A DNA stretch of 64,000 nucleotides. It comes from an uncultured Candidatus Saccharibacteria bacterium (lineage in GTDB: Bacteria; Patescibacteriota; Minisyncoccia; Phycocordibacterales; UBA9973). This document shows, piece by piece, positions 18,203 through 27,286 of the stretch; the stretch's first letter is position 1; each line of letters begins with the position of its first letter. A program made the position numbers and the translations under genes. The notes under the pieces were generated by a model. It was not told the DNA's origin. It saw only the letters and a list, made by a program, of their open reading frames with translations, and did no database searches. Location of the stretch: contig CAYUQD010000003.1 in the NCBI GenBank assembly GCA_964446965.1, forward strand, positions 3,989-67,988, read 5' to 3'.

Positions 18203-18282
18203 CTATTGGTCTTGCAAAGCAAAACACTATTTGATACAACTTAATGCATCATTATCGGAATAATTAATACAAACGCACACCC

Positions 18283-18519
18283 ATGGACGAAGAAATCGAC
18301 AAAGAAGAACTAGAAGGATTCTCTATCCTCAAAGAAGGAAGTGATGATATCGATGTAGTAGAACCAGAAGTAGAGGTAGTAGAAGAAGATCCCAACACAG
18401 CACTCTACGACAACGCATTCGCAAAAGAAGAGGACGGCTACTCCCCCGAAACGACCGACCCTGATGCACTCGAGATGTCTAAACTCATCTTTGATGAACT
18501 TGGCTACGAAGACCGGTAA
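18283..18519 (+). CDS. Small very acidic protein
   Basis: About 29 D/E in 78 aa; followed by palindromic terminator. Confidence 0.7.
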   Translation: MDEEIDKEELEGFSILKEGSDDIDVVEPEVEVVEEDPNTALYDNAFAKEEDGYSPETTDPDALEMSKLIFDELGYEDR

Positions 18520-18521
18520 AT

Positions 18522-18551
18522 AAAAAAACACCGCATATGCGGTGTTTTTTT
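18522..18551. terminator. Bidirectional terminator
   Basis: AAAAAAACACCGCATATGCGGTGTTTTTTT between convergent genes. Confidence 0.8.
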
Positions 18552-18984
18552 ATTTCTTTGCACTCGTACGCTTTTCTGTACATTTGGGACACAGACATCC
18601 TTTGGGTTTGATGTATTCGTTCCAGTACTCCTTGCCGTAGTCGTAGCAGAGTTCTTCGCCCGGAGCGATGTTGCGAATGGCAGAGATGTACACTCTCCCT
18701 TTTGCGGTATCGGGTTCACAGTTGGCGCGACACGAATGATTGATGTATCGGGCGACATTTTTGCGCGTCGTACCATCGATGTGACGGTTGCTCGATGTCT
18801 CGAACAAATATCGTCCACCACGTCGATTTGCCTCTGCCGCAGTGATGACATCGCCAAAGTATTCGATAATGCATTCACCTTTCTTGATCGGGACTTTTGC
18901 AAAGAGTCCGAGTCCGTTGATGCCGCGCTTGACCGAGAGATCCTTTGGGGCTGAGTACTGTGGAATATATTTGACGCGGGTCAT
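18550..18984 (-). CDS. SET-domain protein-lysine methyltransferase with post-SET
   Basis: GLGLFA, IIEYFG, ARYINHSC, ELCYDYG, CLCPKC. Confidence 0.92.
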   Translation of the reverse strand: MTRVKYIPQYSAPKDLSVKRGINGLGLFAKVPIKKGECIIEYFGDVITAAEANRRGGRYLFETSSNRHIDGTTRKNVARYINHSCRANCEPDTAKGRVYISAIRNIAPGEELCYDYGKEYWNEYIKPKGCLCPKCTEKRTSAKK

Positions 18985-19001
18985 GATGGGATGAGTATAC
19001 C

Positions 19002-19859
19002 TTAGACACTCCATTTTGCGTAGATACCTGTCGTGAGGACGCGCTCATCATGTGCGTGCTGAATACCGACATCACCGTAGGTGATCGTCCCCTCAGGCAA
19101 GGTACCGTGTAGCAACTCTGCGAATGTGCGTGCACCGTATCCTGCAGCGTATCCATTGAGTATGACGAGACGTGCAGTAGGTGTGAGGAGTTGTGGGATC
19201 AATGCAACAAGTTCTGCGAGGGACTCCTCAATCTTCCAGACTTCCCCTTTGGGACCGCGCCCAAATGCCGGTGGATCCATGACGATAATGTCGAATCGTT
19301 CTTCACGTTGTACAAGCCGCTTTGCATACCGCAGTGCGTCTTCGCAGATGACACGCAATGCGTCTGGTGCGAGACCAGAGAGTGCTGCATTTTCTTTGAC
19401 GATATCTATCGTACCCTTTGAGGCATCGACATGGGTGACCTTAATCCCCGCCTTTGCAGCTGCGACACTTGCCGCTCCGGTGTAGCCAAAGAGGTTGAGC
19501 ATCGTGAGGTCACCATGTTTTGTACCAAGCACGTGTAGCTCATCCCATTGCATCGCATGTTCTGGGAATATTCCAACATGCTTGAATCCTTTGAACGAGA
19601 GCGCAAGTGTAATGTCGTTGTAGGTGATATTCCATGACTCTGGAGTACCGGATGCGACAGTCCATCGCTCACCTTTGTCTGCCCAGAGGAACTGCGCCTG
19701 CGCATCGAGCCATCTGTCGGTATGTAGTTTGTGTCCCAATGCTTGTGGGTCTGGACGATCAAGAACTACTCCCCCGACCAGTTCGAGACGGCGTCCATCT
19801 CCACTATCGAGAAGTTGATAATCGTTCCACCCTTTTGTGATTGTATCGATGCGTTTCAT
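19002..19859 (-). CDS. Class I SAM-dependent methyltransferase (RlmI/RlmK-like)
   Basis: YQLLDSGDGRRLE, LNLFGYTG, HVDAS, DPPAFGRG. Confidence 0.88.
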   Translation of the reverse strand: MKRIDTITKGWNDYQLLDSGDGRRLELVGGVVLDRPDPQALGHKLHTDRWLDAQAQFLWADKGERWTVASGTPESWNITYNDITLALSFKGFKHVGIFPEHAMQWDELHVLGTKHGDLTMLNLFGYTGAASVAAAKAGIKVTHVDASKGTIDIVKENAALSGLAPDALRVICEDALRYAKRLVQREERFDIIVMDPPAFGRGPKGEVWKIEESLAELVALIPQLLTPTARLVILNGYAAGYGARTFAELLHGTLPEGTITYGDVGIQHAHDERVLTTGIYAKWSV

Positions 19860-19864
19860 TGTTG

Positions 19865-20770
19865 TTATTGTGGTGTCGTCGAATTGGTGAGTGCTGGTGC
19901 GAGATCAGGATACTGGAATACGAATCCTTTGTCGAGGAGGAGTTGTGGACTGACACGTTGATTGCGGGTGAGTTCAGGGACGAGTTCTGCCCCAAAGAGT
20001 ATTCGTTTGATAAAACCAGGAATGCTGCCGAGTATTCGACGGTGTAGTACTCGACTAAGGGTCGCCATGAATGTGCTGTGCATGAGTTCGGTTGGTGCGA
20101 CTGCGTTGACCGGTCCCTGCAATGTCGAGGTCTGTAGTGCAAAGATGTACGCATTCACAATGTCGTCCTCGTGGATCCATGGTTGCCAGAAATCTGTACG
20201 AGAGAGCTTCATAAGGAACCCAAACCGTGCAGTCTTTGTGAGCTCGCCAAGCATTCCACCGTGTCCGACAACGGGTGCAGTGCGGATGGTCACCACTCGC
20301 GTCCCAAAGGATTCGGCAGCAAACGCTTGTGCTTCCCACTCTCCAACGACATCTGCAAGGAATCCTGTGCCTCGCTCGCTCTTCTCGGTGAGTTCTTCAC
20401 TCCCGCGTTCACCATAATATCCGACGGCGGATGCATTGATGAGGATACCCGGACGTGCTGTTGCTCCTCGCATACTCTCGACAATATGACGAGTGCTGAT
20501 GATGCGACTATCGTGAATGAGTTGCTTGTATGAAGGTGTCCACTTTTTATTGATAGGCGCACCTACAAGGTTGATCACTGCGTCGGTATGTTCGAGGACG
20601 TTAAAAGGGAGTTGGTTCTTTGTACTGTCGCAGGCAATATAGTACAACCGCTCGTGCGTGAAGCGTGGCGCTACACGGTCAATAACAACCACAGTATCTC
20701 CGAGCGCCAAGAGTTTGCGTGTGAGCTGGGTCCCAATGAAGCCTGATCCTCCAGCTATAACAATAGTCAT
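19865..20770 (-). CDS. TIGR01777-type NAD-dependent epimerase family protein
   Basis: GGSGFIG, AVINLVG, SRIISTR, ASAVGYYG, PWIHEDD, GFVFQYP. Confidence 0.9.
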   Translation of the reverse strand: MTIVIAGGSGFIGTQLTRKLLALGDTVVVIDRVAPRFTHERLYYIACDSTKNQLPFNVLEHTDAVINLVGAPINKKWTPSYKQLIHDSRIISTRHIVESMRGATARPGILINASAVGYYGERGSEELTEKSERGTGFLADVVGEWEAQAFAAESFGTRVVTIRTAPVVGHGGMLGELTKTARFGFLMKLSRTDFWQPWIHEDDIVNAYIFALQTSTLQGPVNAVAPTELMHSTFMATLSRVLHRRILGSIPGFIKRILFGAELVPELTRNQRVSPQLLLDKGFVFQYPDLAPALTNSTTPQ

Positions 20771-20863
20771 AGCTGTATGGTATCACGATATTTTGCATAC
20801 CTTGTGATAGACAACATAACTCACTCTTTTGCAAAAACCGAGTTCTAGGATAGTATGCGCCAT

Positions 20864-21022
20864 ATGGATGGATTCCTCGATATCGTCGAAAAGGTACTCC
20901 TCGCAATACTCAACTTTGCGCTCTTTGTCGTGCTCTCTCTACTCTTTCTCCCCGCATTCCTCATTGTGCAGTACCTCCAAAAGCCGTGGGAGGACTCAAT
21001 GAAAAAGAACCTCAATCTCTAA
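20864..21022 (+). CDS. Small TM protein (52 aa, below ORF-track cutoff)
   Basis: MDGFLDIVEKVLLAILNFALFVVLSLLFLPAFLIVQYLQKPWEDSMKKNLNL; CTC-rich host-like codons. Confidence 0.6.
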   Translation: MDGFLDIVEKVLLAILNFALFVVLSLLFLPAFLIVQYLQKPWEDSMKKNLNL

Positions 21023-21028
21023 AAGGTG

Positions 21029-22222
21029 TTAGATGATTTTAATAAATCTATTTTTGCCGACTTTGTAGGTAGCGAGAGTTGCAGGAAGTTTTGCATCAAG
21101 CACCTTTTCTTTGGTATCGAAGTTTGAGATTGCACCTGCATCGAGGAGTCGACGGAGCGCGCTCTTTGATTCGACTACTCCTTCACTGAGGAGGATGTCT
21201 TCGAGTGAACGCGCGTTGCCAGTCACCTCTGTACTGACATCGGTACTTTCTCTCTGTTGGAATGTCGCGACGAATGCGTTCTCGGCAGCGATCGCACTCT
21301 TTTCATCGGTACAACTTTTCACTATCTCATATGCGAGGCGCATCTTGATGTCTCGGGGGTTGATACCGCTATCGAGCTCACCTTTGATCGCATTGACTTG
21401 CGACATCGTGTAGTCAGTACAAAGCTCAAACCCTGAGAGGATCATGCCATCGGTCCAACTCATGATCTTGCCGTACATATCACTCGGAGTGTCAGTGAGT
21501 GCGATCATGTTGCCAGTGGTCTTGCCCATCTTTGACCCTGTATTGTCTTCGAGGAGTTTCATCGTGATCACGAACTTCTCTTTGTCTTTCATCTGCCGCA
21601 TGAGGGTTCGGCCAGCGAGCATATTGAAGAGTTGGTCATTGCCCCCAACTTCTCCATCGACATCCATGTGGACTGAGTCGTACCCCTGCATGAGTGGGTA
21701 CATAAATTCGTGCACATATATTGGCTTGCCTTCTGCGTGGCGCTTCACAAACATGTCGCGCTTGAGCATCTGATCCACCGTCATTTGGGACGCGAGGTTG
21801 AGTACATCGGCAAATTTCATTTTGCCGAGCCAGTCGTTGTTGAATTTCACCACAGCAGCGTTCGCTCCGCTAAATCGGATGAACTTGGACGCCTGCTTTT
21901 TGTACATCTTGAGGTTCGTCTTGATCTCTTTCTCAGTGAGTGGTTTGCGCACAGAGAGTTTGTCCGGATCGCCGATGCGCGCCGTGAAGTCCCCAATCAG
22001 AAATATGATCTTGTGCCCGAGGTCTTGGAACTGGCGAAGCTTGCGCAACTGAATGACGTGCCCGATGTGCAGTGTCGTACCAGTAGGATCGAAACCTGCA
22101 TAGATCGACAGTTTCTTGGTACCAGATATCGCCGCCTCGACGAACCCCTTGCTTGGGAGGATTTCTGAGACACCCTTGTGCAACACGAGATCAATAAGTT
22201 CCTGCTTGGTCGGCTTGTCCAT
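21029..22222 (-). CDS. tyrS: Tyrosine--tRNA ligase
   Basis: GFDPTG..LHIGH, YPLMQGYD, GGNDQLFN, KMGKT. Confidence 0.96.
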   Translation of the reverse strand: MDKPTKQELIDLVLHKGVSEILPSKGFVEAAISGTKKLSIYAGFDPTGTTLHIGHVIQLRKLRQFQDLGHKIIFLIGDFTARIGDPDKLSVRKPLTEKEIKTNLKMYKKQASKFIRFSGANAAVVKFNNDWLGKMKFADVLNLASQMTVDQMLKRDMFVKRHAEGKPIYVHEFMYPLMQGYDSVHMDVDGEVGGNDQLFNMLAGRTLMRQMKDKEKFVITMKLLEDNTGSKMGKTTGNMIALTDTPSDMYGKIMSWTDGMILSGFELCTDYTMSQVNAIKGELDSGINPRDIKMRLAYEIVKSCTDEKSAIAAENAFVATFQQRESTDVSTEVTGNARSLEDILLSEGVVESKSALRRLLDAGAISNFDTKEKVLDAKLPATLATYKVGKNRFIKII

Positions 22223-22269
22223 ACAGGAGGGATTGTAGCATTTCCCATCAAAAAACTCCTTATACAGTA

Positions 22270-22500
22270 TTAATGTATAAGGAGTTGAAATGTTCCGGGA
22301 TATGCTAAGAGATATCCGACAAGGAACACAATGATATAGCGCCAGTGCTTTTTTACAAATCCAGCAATGTGCTTCTGGGAAGATTGGAGGTACTTCTTGT
22401 GGTCTTTAACTATTATAGAAAAGAATAGTCCTATGATCCAAAGAAAAACAGCTATTTGTACTATGACACCGAGCGCAGTATCGAGCATACCGTTTGGCAT
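22270..22500 (-). CDS. Small membrane orphan protein
   Basis: Two TM; consensus TTGACA-N17-TATAAT at 22535-22563. Confidence 0.6.
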   Translation of the reverse strand: MPNGMLDTALGVIVQIAVFLWIIGLFFSIIVKDHKKYLQSSQKHIAGFVKKHWRYIIVFLVGYLLAYPGTFQLLIH

Positions 22501-22636
22501 AAAGATGAAGTTTTGGTGAACAATTTATGAGTATATTATATACCAAAATATGACTTTTGTCAATATAAAGTTTATGGTTTATTGAGGTAATTATTCTCTT
22601 AAGAAAAAATTTATCTCTTTTCCCTATACTTAGTAT

Positions 22637-23017
22637 ATGGAACATGAATACGACACGTGGAATACATTGAAAAAGAAGTTGAATGCAAGAACAACTCCAG
22701 TATATGCAAATACTCGAGAAATATGGTGGTGTTCATTTGGACTCAATGTCGGTACCGAACTCTATGGCAAACACGAACTTTTTGAGCGACCTATTCTCGT
22801 TCTCAAAGTATTTAATACAGAAACTATTAAGGTTATTCCCCTCACCTCTCATACACCAAACAAATTTCACATTCCTGTTCGTTGTGGAGATATAGTTTCG
22901 TACGGAAGCATTGCCCACATAAAAACTATTAGCACCAAGCGTCTCTCTCGCAAAGTTGGTCGTATAGATATGCATCAATTCAAAGAAATTATTGCTGTAT
23001 ATAAACAGTCCATCTAG
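22637..23017 (+). CDS. PemK/MazF-family endoribonuclease toxin, no adjacent protein antitoxin
   Basis: REIWWCSFGLNVGTE..G....ERPILVL...VIPLTS...IKTISTKRL..KVG. Confidence 0.8.
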   Translation: MEHEYDTWNTLKKKLNARTTPVYANTREIWWCSFGLNVGTELYGKHELFERPILVLKVFNTETIKVIPLTSHTPNKFHIPVRCGDIVSYGSIAHIKTISTKRLSRKVGRIDMHQFKEIIAVYKQSI

Positions 23018-23104
23018 AAATCGGAAACCGCATCACATGATGCGGTTTCCTCGGAGCCCGAAGGCCTTATGAATAAAGTATATGTTATCTCGTTTCTTTG
23101 TCAA
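23017..23104 (-). ncRNA. Candidate convergent sRNA with its promoter
   Basis: - strand TTGACA(23104-23099)-N16-TATACT(23082-23077), then GCC-TTCG-GGC hairpin and a 13-bp-arm inverted repeat 23023-23050. Confidence 0.5.
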
Positions 23105-23189
23105 ATAAAAAAGCCGATGATTATCAACAAATAATCTAGTGTAATCGTGCTATAACTCCTTCGTCTTTTATAAATAGCCCCCTATTGCT

Positions 23190-25715
23190 ATGATGAATGG
23201 TATGCAAAAGAAACAACACTCAATACGACAATGGTTCAAGCACTTCACGTGGAAAAAAGCTGGGATAGTAGCCATCGGGCTCTTTTTCTTCTTTTTTGGT
23301 GTGGGACTGCTCTGGGCAGCGACGATCAAACTTCCCGATATCTCGACCTTTGAGGCGCGCAAGATTGCAAACTCATCCAAGATCACCGACCGCACCGGAG
23401 AGATCGTCCTCTACGATATCAACCAAGGTGTCCGTCGGACCGAGATCCCCTTTGAAGAGATGGGCGACAATATCAAGAACGCCGTCGTCGCAATCGAGGA
23501 CGCGCACTTCTACACACACTCTGGTATCCGCCCGACGTCCATCATTCGTGCAATATTCGTCAACATCACTTCTGGTTCATTCTCCCAAGGAGGCTCGACA
23601 CTGACCCAACAGATCATCAAGAACACCCTTCTCAACACTGACAAGACCGTCGTTCGCAAATTCAAGGAATGGGTACTCGCACTCAAGCTCGAGCGAGAGT
23701 TCACCAAAGATCAGATCCTGACTATCTACCTCAACGACGCACCATTTGGGAGTACTATCTATGGAGTCCAAGAAGCATCAAAGGCATTCTTCCTCAAAGA
23801 CGCAAAGGATCTGACACTCGCCGAGAGTGCGTACCTCGCAGCCCTCATGCCGGCACCGTCATATTACAGTCCATTCGGCCAACACAAGGACAAGCTCGAT
23901 GGTCGCAAAGACCTCGTCCTCTCCAAGATGGCGCAGTACGGATACATCACCTCTGACGAAGCAGCGACTGCAAAGGCAGAAGTGGTTGAATTTAACATAT
24001 CTGCATCCAACAGTATCAAGGCTCCTCACTTCACGTTCTGGATCCTCGACTATCTCGAGGCAACCTATGGCAAGGACGTCATGGAGTCAGGTGGATATAC
24101 GATCAAAACAACGCTTGATTTTGAGTTACAAAAAACCGCCGAAGCAACGATCACCGAATTTGCGGCGAGTAACCTCAGTCGGTATAACGCATCGAACTCT
24201 GCGATGGTTGCTATCGACCCAAAGACTGGGCAAATCCTCTCAATGGTTGGATCCAAAGATTACTTTAGCAAAGACATCGATGGTGCATACAATGTCGCGA
24301 CTGCACTTCGTCAACCAGGTTCATCATTCAAACCATTCGCATATCTCACTGCATTTACAAAAGGATATACTCCCGACACTATCCTCTTTGACGTACCGAC
24401 AGAATTCTCGACATCATGTCCTCCTATCACTACTCCCGCAGCAGGCAATACTGACGACGCGTGTTATCACCCCCAGAACTTCGATGGCAAGTTCAAGGGA
24501 CCACTCTCAATGCGTAGCTCGCTCGCCGAATCCCGCAACGTACCATCTGTAAAGACACTCTACCTCGCTGGAGTAGATGACGTCGTCGACAACGCCCATA
24601 AACTCGGTATCACCACCCTCAATAACCCAAAATCTATCGGCCTGTCGCTCGTGCTCGGAGGTGGTGAAGTGAAACTCCTCGATATGACGAGTGCGTACTC
24701 AGTATTTGCCAATAGTGGCGTGCGCAACCCTGCAGTCGGCATACTCGAAGTCAAAGATAGGTCTGGCAAGATCATCGAAGAGTTCACCGAAGACTCTCGT
24801 GAAGTCATCGACAAGAATGCCGTCCTCACACTCAACGACGTCCTCAGTGATGCATCGGCTCGTACTCCAACCTTTGGTGGAGCAATCACTATCCCAGGAG
24901 TCGCTGTAAAGACTGGTACCACCAACGACGAGCGTGACGCGTGGATCATTGGCTACACCCCAAACCTCGCAGTCGGAGTATGGTCTGGAAATAATGACAA
25001 TAAATCAATGCGTAGTGGTGGTTCTGCGGTGTCCGGTCCTATCTGGAAAAAATTTATGGAACAAGCACTCCAAACTATCCCTACAACACCCTTCGAAAAG
25101 CCAGCTCCCGACCCTGACTACGACACCCTCAAACCTATCCTTCGCGGCAAATGGATGGGCAACCGCACTGTTGAAGTCGATCGTGTGACCGGACTTCTAG
25201 CAACTGAGGCTACTCCACACGAATCCCGTATCGAAAAGATCATTACCGATGTCCAAGATATCCTCTACTGGGTCGACAAGAGCAATCCTCGCGGACCTGC
25301 CCCTACCAACCCGAATAATGATCCCCAGTTTCGTCTCTGGAATCCTCCCGTGCAAACATGGTGGATCAATAACTATATGAAGTATCCAGGTACAAGCATT
25401 AGTGATATACCGACTGAATACGACACTGTGCATACCAGCGACAACCTTCCTTCTATTATCATAGGTGGTATATCTGATACGATGAATAGTTCTAGTACAA
25501 CAACGATATCAATATCTACTGATGATCAGTACCCCCTCACATCAGTTGACCTGTTTGTGAATAATACATTCATTACTAGTCTATCGAATCCGTTCCGATT
25601 TCGTTTTACTCCGAGTGATTACAACTACGGTCCTGGTACATATACCATCAAAGCGACAGGAACAAATAGTATCTTTAGTAAAAGTAGTATTGAAAAAACA
25701 TTTACTATTATCTAA
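23190..25715 (+). CDS. Class A penicillin-binding protein (PBP1A) with C-terminal Ig-like domain
   Basis: AIEDAHF, GGSTLTQQ, RKFKE; PGSSFKP, SRN, KTGT. Confidence 0.93.
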   Translation: MMNGMQKKQHSIRQWFKHFTWKKAGIVAIGLFFFFFGVGLLWAATIKLPDISTFEARKIANSSKITDRTGEIVLYDINQGVRRTEIPFEEMGDNIKNAVVAIEDAHFYTHSGIRPTSIIRAIFVNITSGSFSQGGSTLTQQIIKNTLLNTDKTVVRKFKEWVLALKLEREFTKDQILTIYLNDAPFGSTIYGVQEASKAFFLKDAKDLTLAESAYLAALMPAPSYYSPFGQHKDKLDGRKDLVLSKMAQYGYITSDEAATAKAEVVEFNISASNSIKAPHFTFWILDYLEATYGKDVMESGGYTIKTTLDFELQKTAEATITEFAASNLSRYNASNSAMVAIDPKTGQILSMVGSKDYFSKDIDGAYNVATALRQPGSSFKPFAYLTAFTKGYTPDTILFDVPTEFSTSCPPITTPAAGNTDDACYHPQNFDGKFKGPLSMRSSLAESRNVPSVKTLYLAGVDDVVDNAHKLGITTLNNPKSIGLSLVLGGGEVKLLDMTSAYSVFANSGVRNPAVGILEVKDRSGKIIEEFTEDSREVIDKNAVLTLNDVLSDASARTPTFGGAITIPGVAVKTGTTNDERDAWIIGYTPNLAVGVWSGNNDNKSMRSGGSAVSGPIWKKFMEQALQTIPTTPFEKPAPDPDYDTLKPILRGKWMGNRTVEVDRVTGLLATEATPHESRIEKIITDVQDILYWVDKSNPRGPAPTNPNNDPQFRLWNPPVQTWWINNYMKYPGTSISDIPTEYDTVHTSDNLPSIIIGGISDTMNSSSTTTISISTDDQYPLTSVDLFVNNTFITSLSNPFRFRFTPSDYNYGPGTYTIKATGTNSIFSKSSIEKTFTII

Positions 25716-25962
25716 TACTCTTTACGAGTAGTTTGTGTTCAGTGAATGCTTTCACGAGATGGTCCTGCTTTAGACGCAGGGCCATTTTCATTGTGGGAGA
25801 AACATGAAGTGTGAGAACACCTTCTTTGAGGGACACAACATTCTCGGGAGTGAGCGTGATGTTGGTAACCGATTTGATCACAGTAACCACAGTATCTTTG
25901 TACGCAGACTGTGCATCAATCTTTTGCTTGAGTCCATAGAGAATACTGTTGAACAAAGACAT
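25708..25962 (-). CDS. Small protein, possibly DciA (DUF721)-like
   Basis: VVSLKEGVLTLHVS...LRLKQDHLV; immediately downstream of dnaN. Confidence 0.5.
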   Translation of the reverse strand: MSLFNSILYGLKQKIDAQSAYKDTVVTVIKSVTNITLTPENVVSLKEGVLTLHVSPTMKMALRLKQDHLVKAFTEHKLLVKSIR

Positions 25963-25968
25963 ATATAT

Positions 25969-27066
25969 TTAGCGATTGGTTGGCATCAAAAGGTAGAGGA
26001 AATGAGTGTCGTTGACTGAAGTAATAACAATAGGCTTGTTGGGTTTAGTAAATGAGAGTACAACACTATCTCCAGTGAGCGCCCCAAACACATCAAGGAA
26101 ATATTTGAGATTACAAATAACCTCTATTGGATTGCCTTGTACTACTCCATCAATGACTGATAGAGATGATCCGACGTCACTATTCTTTGATGAGATGGTG
26201 ATCTGTTTTTTACTTGGATCAATCGCAAAGACAACTTGTAAAAATTTGTCTGCAAAAATAGTCGAGAGACGAAGGGTATTGAGAAGGTCTTGCTTCATCA
26301 CCACAACTTTTGTTTCTTCTTCTTTTGGAATAATGAGTTGGTATGGTGGAAATCCTCCATCAATAAGTCGAGATGTAAAGTAGATAGTGGCTCCTCGAAG
26401 TGATATCTGATTGCGCGTATATGATATAACCGCAGTATCTCCACAAACTTCAAGTGCACGCAAGAAATCTCCCACATTTTTGTACGGAATGAGTATTTTT
26501 GAGATATCAGGAATACCTTTAATAGAGATTTTCTTTTCAGCGAGGCGGAATGAGTCTGTTGCAACTATATACAGAGTACCTTGCTCACTATAGAGATATA
26601 TACTCGAGATCTCAGGTTTGATCTCACTCACTGCCGCAGCAAAATAGACACTTCGTATCCCTTCGAGCAGTACATCACTCTTTATTTCAAATTGATCCCC
26701 TTCTACAGTTGGGAGTGCGGGAAATTCTTCTGGAGGAAGAGACTTGATCACTGTGGTCGTCTTTTGTGATGCTAGGGTAAGGTTGTCATGCTCGAGACTG
26801 AGTTCTATATCTGCTGTCCCAGAAAGGTTATTACATACATTTGCAACAACATCTCCCTTAACAACAACAGTGCCTTCTATTTCTACTTTTGCAGGTATTT
26901 CTACTTCTATTCCAACTGCAAGGTTAGTAGAACGAATCTTTATAGATTTACCCGACGCAGTGATGAGAATAGAGTGAAGAATAGGAAGCGTGAGATTCTT
27001 GCCCGTCATACGATCAGCGAGAGATACTGCGTGTTTTAATTTTTCTACTTGGCAGATTGCTTTCAT
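25969..27066 (-). CDS. dnaN: DNA polymerase III beta clamp
   Basis: LPILHSIL, VATDSFRLA, SRLIDGGFPPY, YLLMP. Confidence 0.96.
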   Translation of the reverse strand: MKAICQVEKLKHAVSLADRMTGKNLTLPILHSILITASGKSIKIRSTNLAVGIEVEIPAKVEIEGTVVVKGDVVANVCNNLSGTADIELSLEHDNLTLASQKTTTVIKSLPPEEFPALPTVEGDQFEIKSDVLLEGIRSVYFAAAVSEIKPEISSIYLYSEQGTLYIVATDSFRLAEKKISIKGIPDISKILIPYKNVGDFLRALEVCGDTAVISYTRNQISLRGATIYFTSRLIDGGFPPYQLIIPKEEETKVVVMKQDLLNTLRLSTIFADKFLQVVFAIDPSKKQITISSKNSDVGSSLSVIDGVVQGNPIEVICNLKYFLDVFGALTGDSVVLSFTKPNKPIVITSVNDTHFLYLLMPTNR

Positions 27067-27286
27067 ATTTTTTATATTAATTACTCTAGGCTTACTATAG
27101 GATGTGGATTGTGGATAAGATCTCTTTTGTGTTGATGTATAACGGTTAATTTGGAATTAGTAAATGTGGATATAAAGAGAAAAGATGGGATATGTTTTAA
27201 TGGAGGAGTACTTATACATTCATTGTTCAGAGTTTTTGCGAATAGTATTCTATTGTTGTTCCTTGTTATCCACATACTACACACAG
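27067..27286. other. Probable oriC (dnaA-dnaN spacer)
   Basis: AT-rich; perfect DnaA boxes 27110-27118 and 27266-27274, near-match 27165-27173. Confidence 0.75.
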
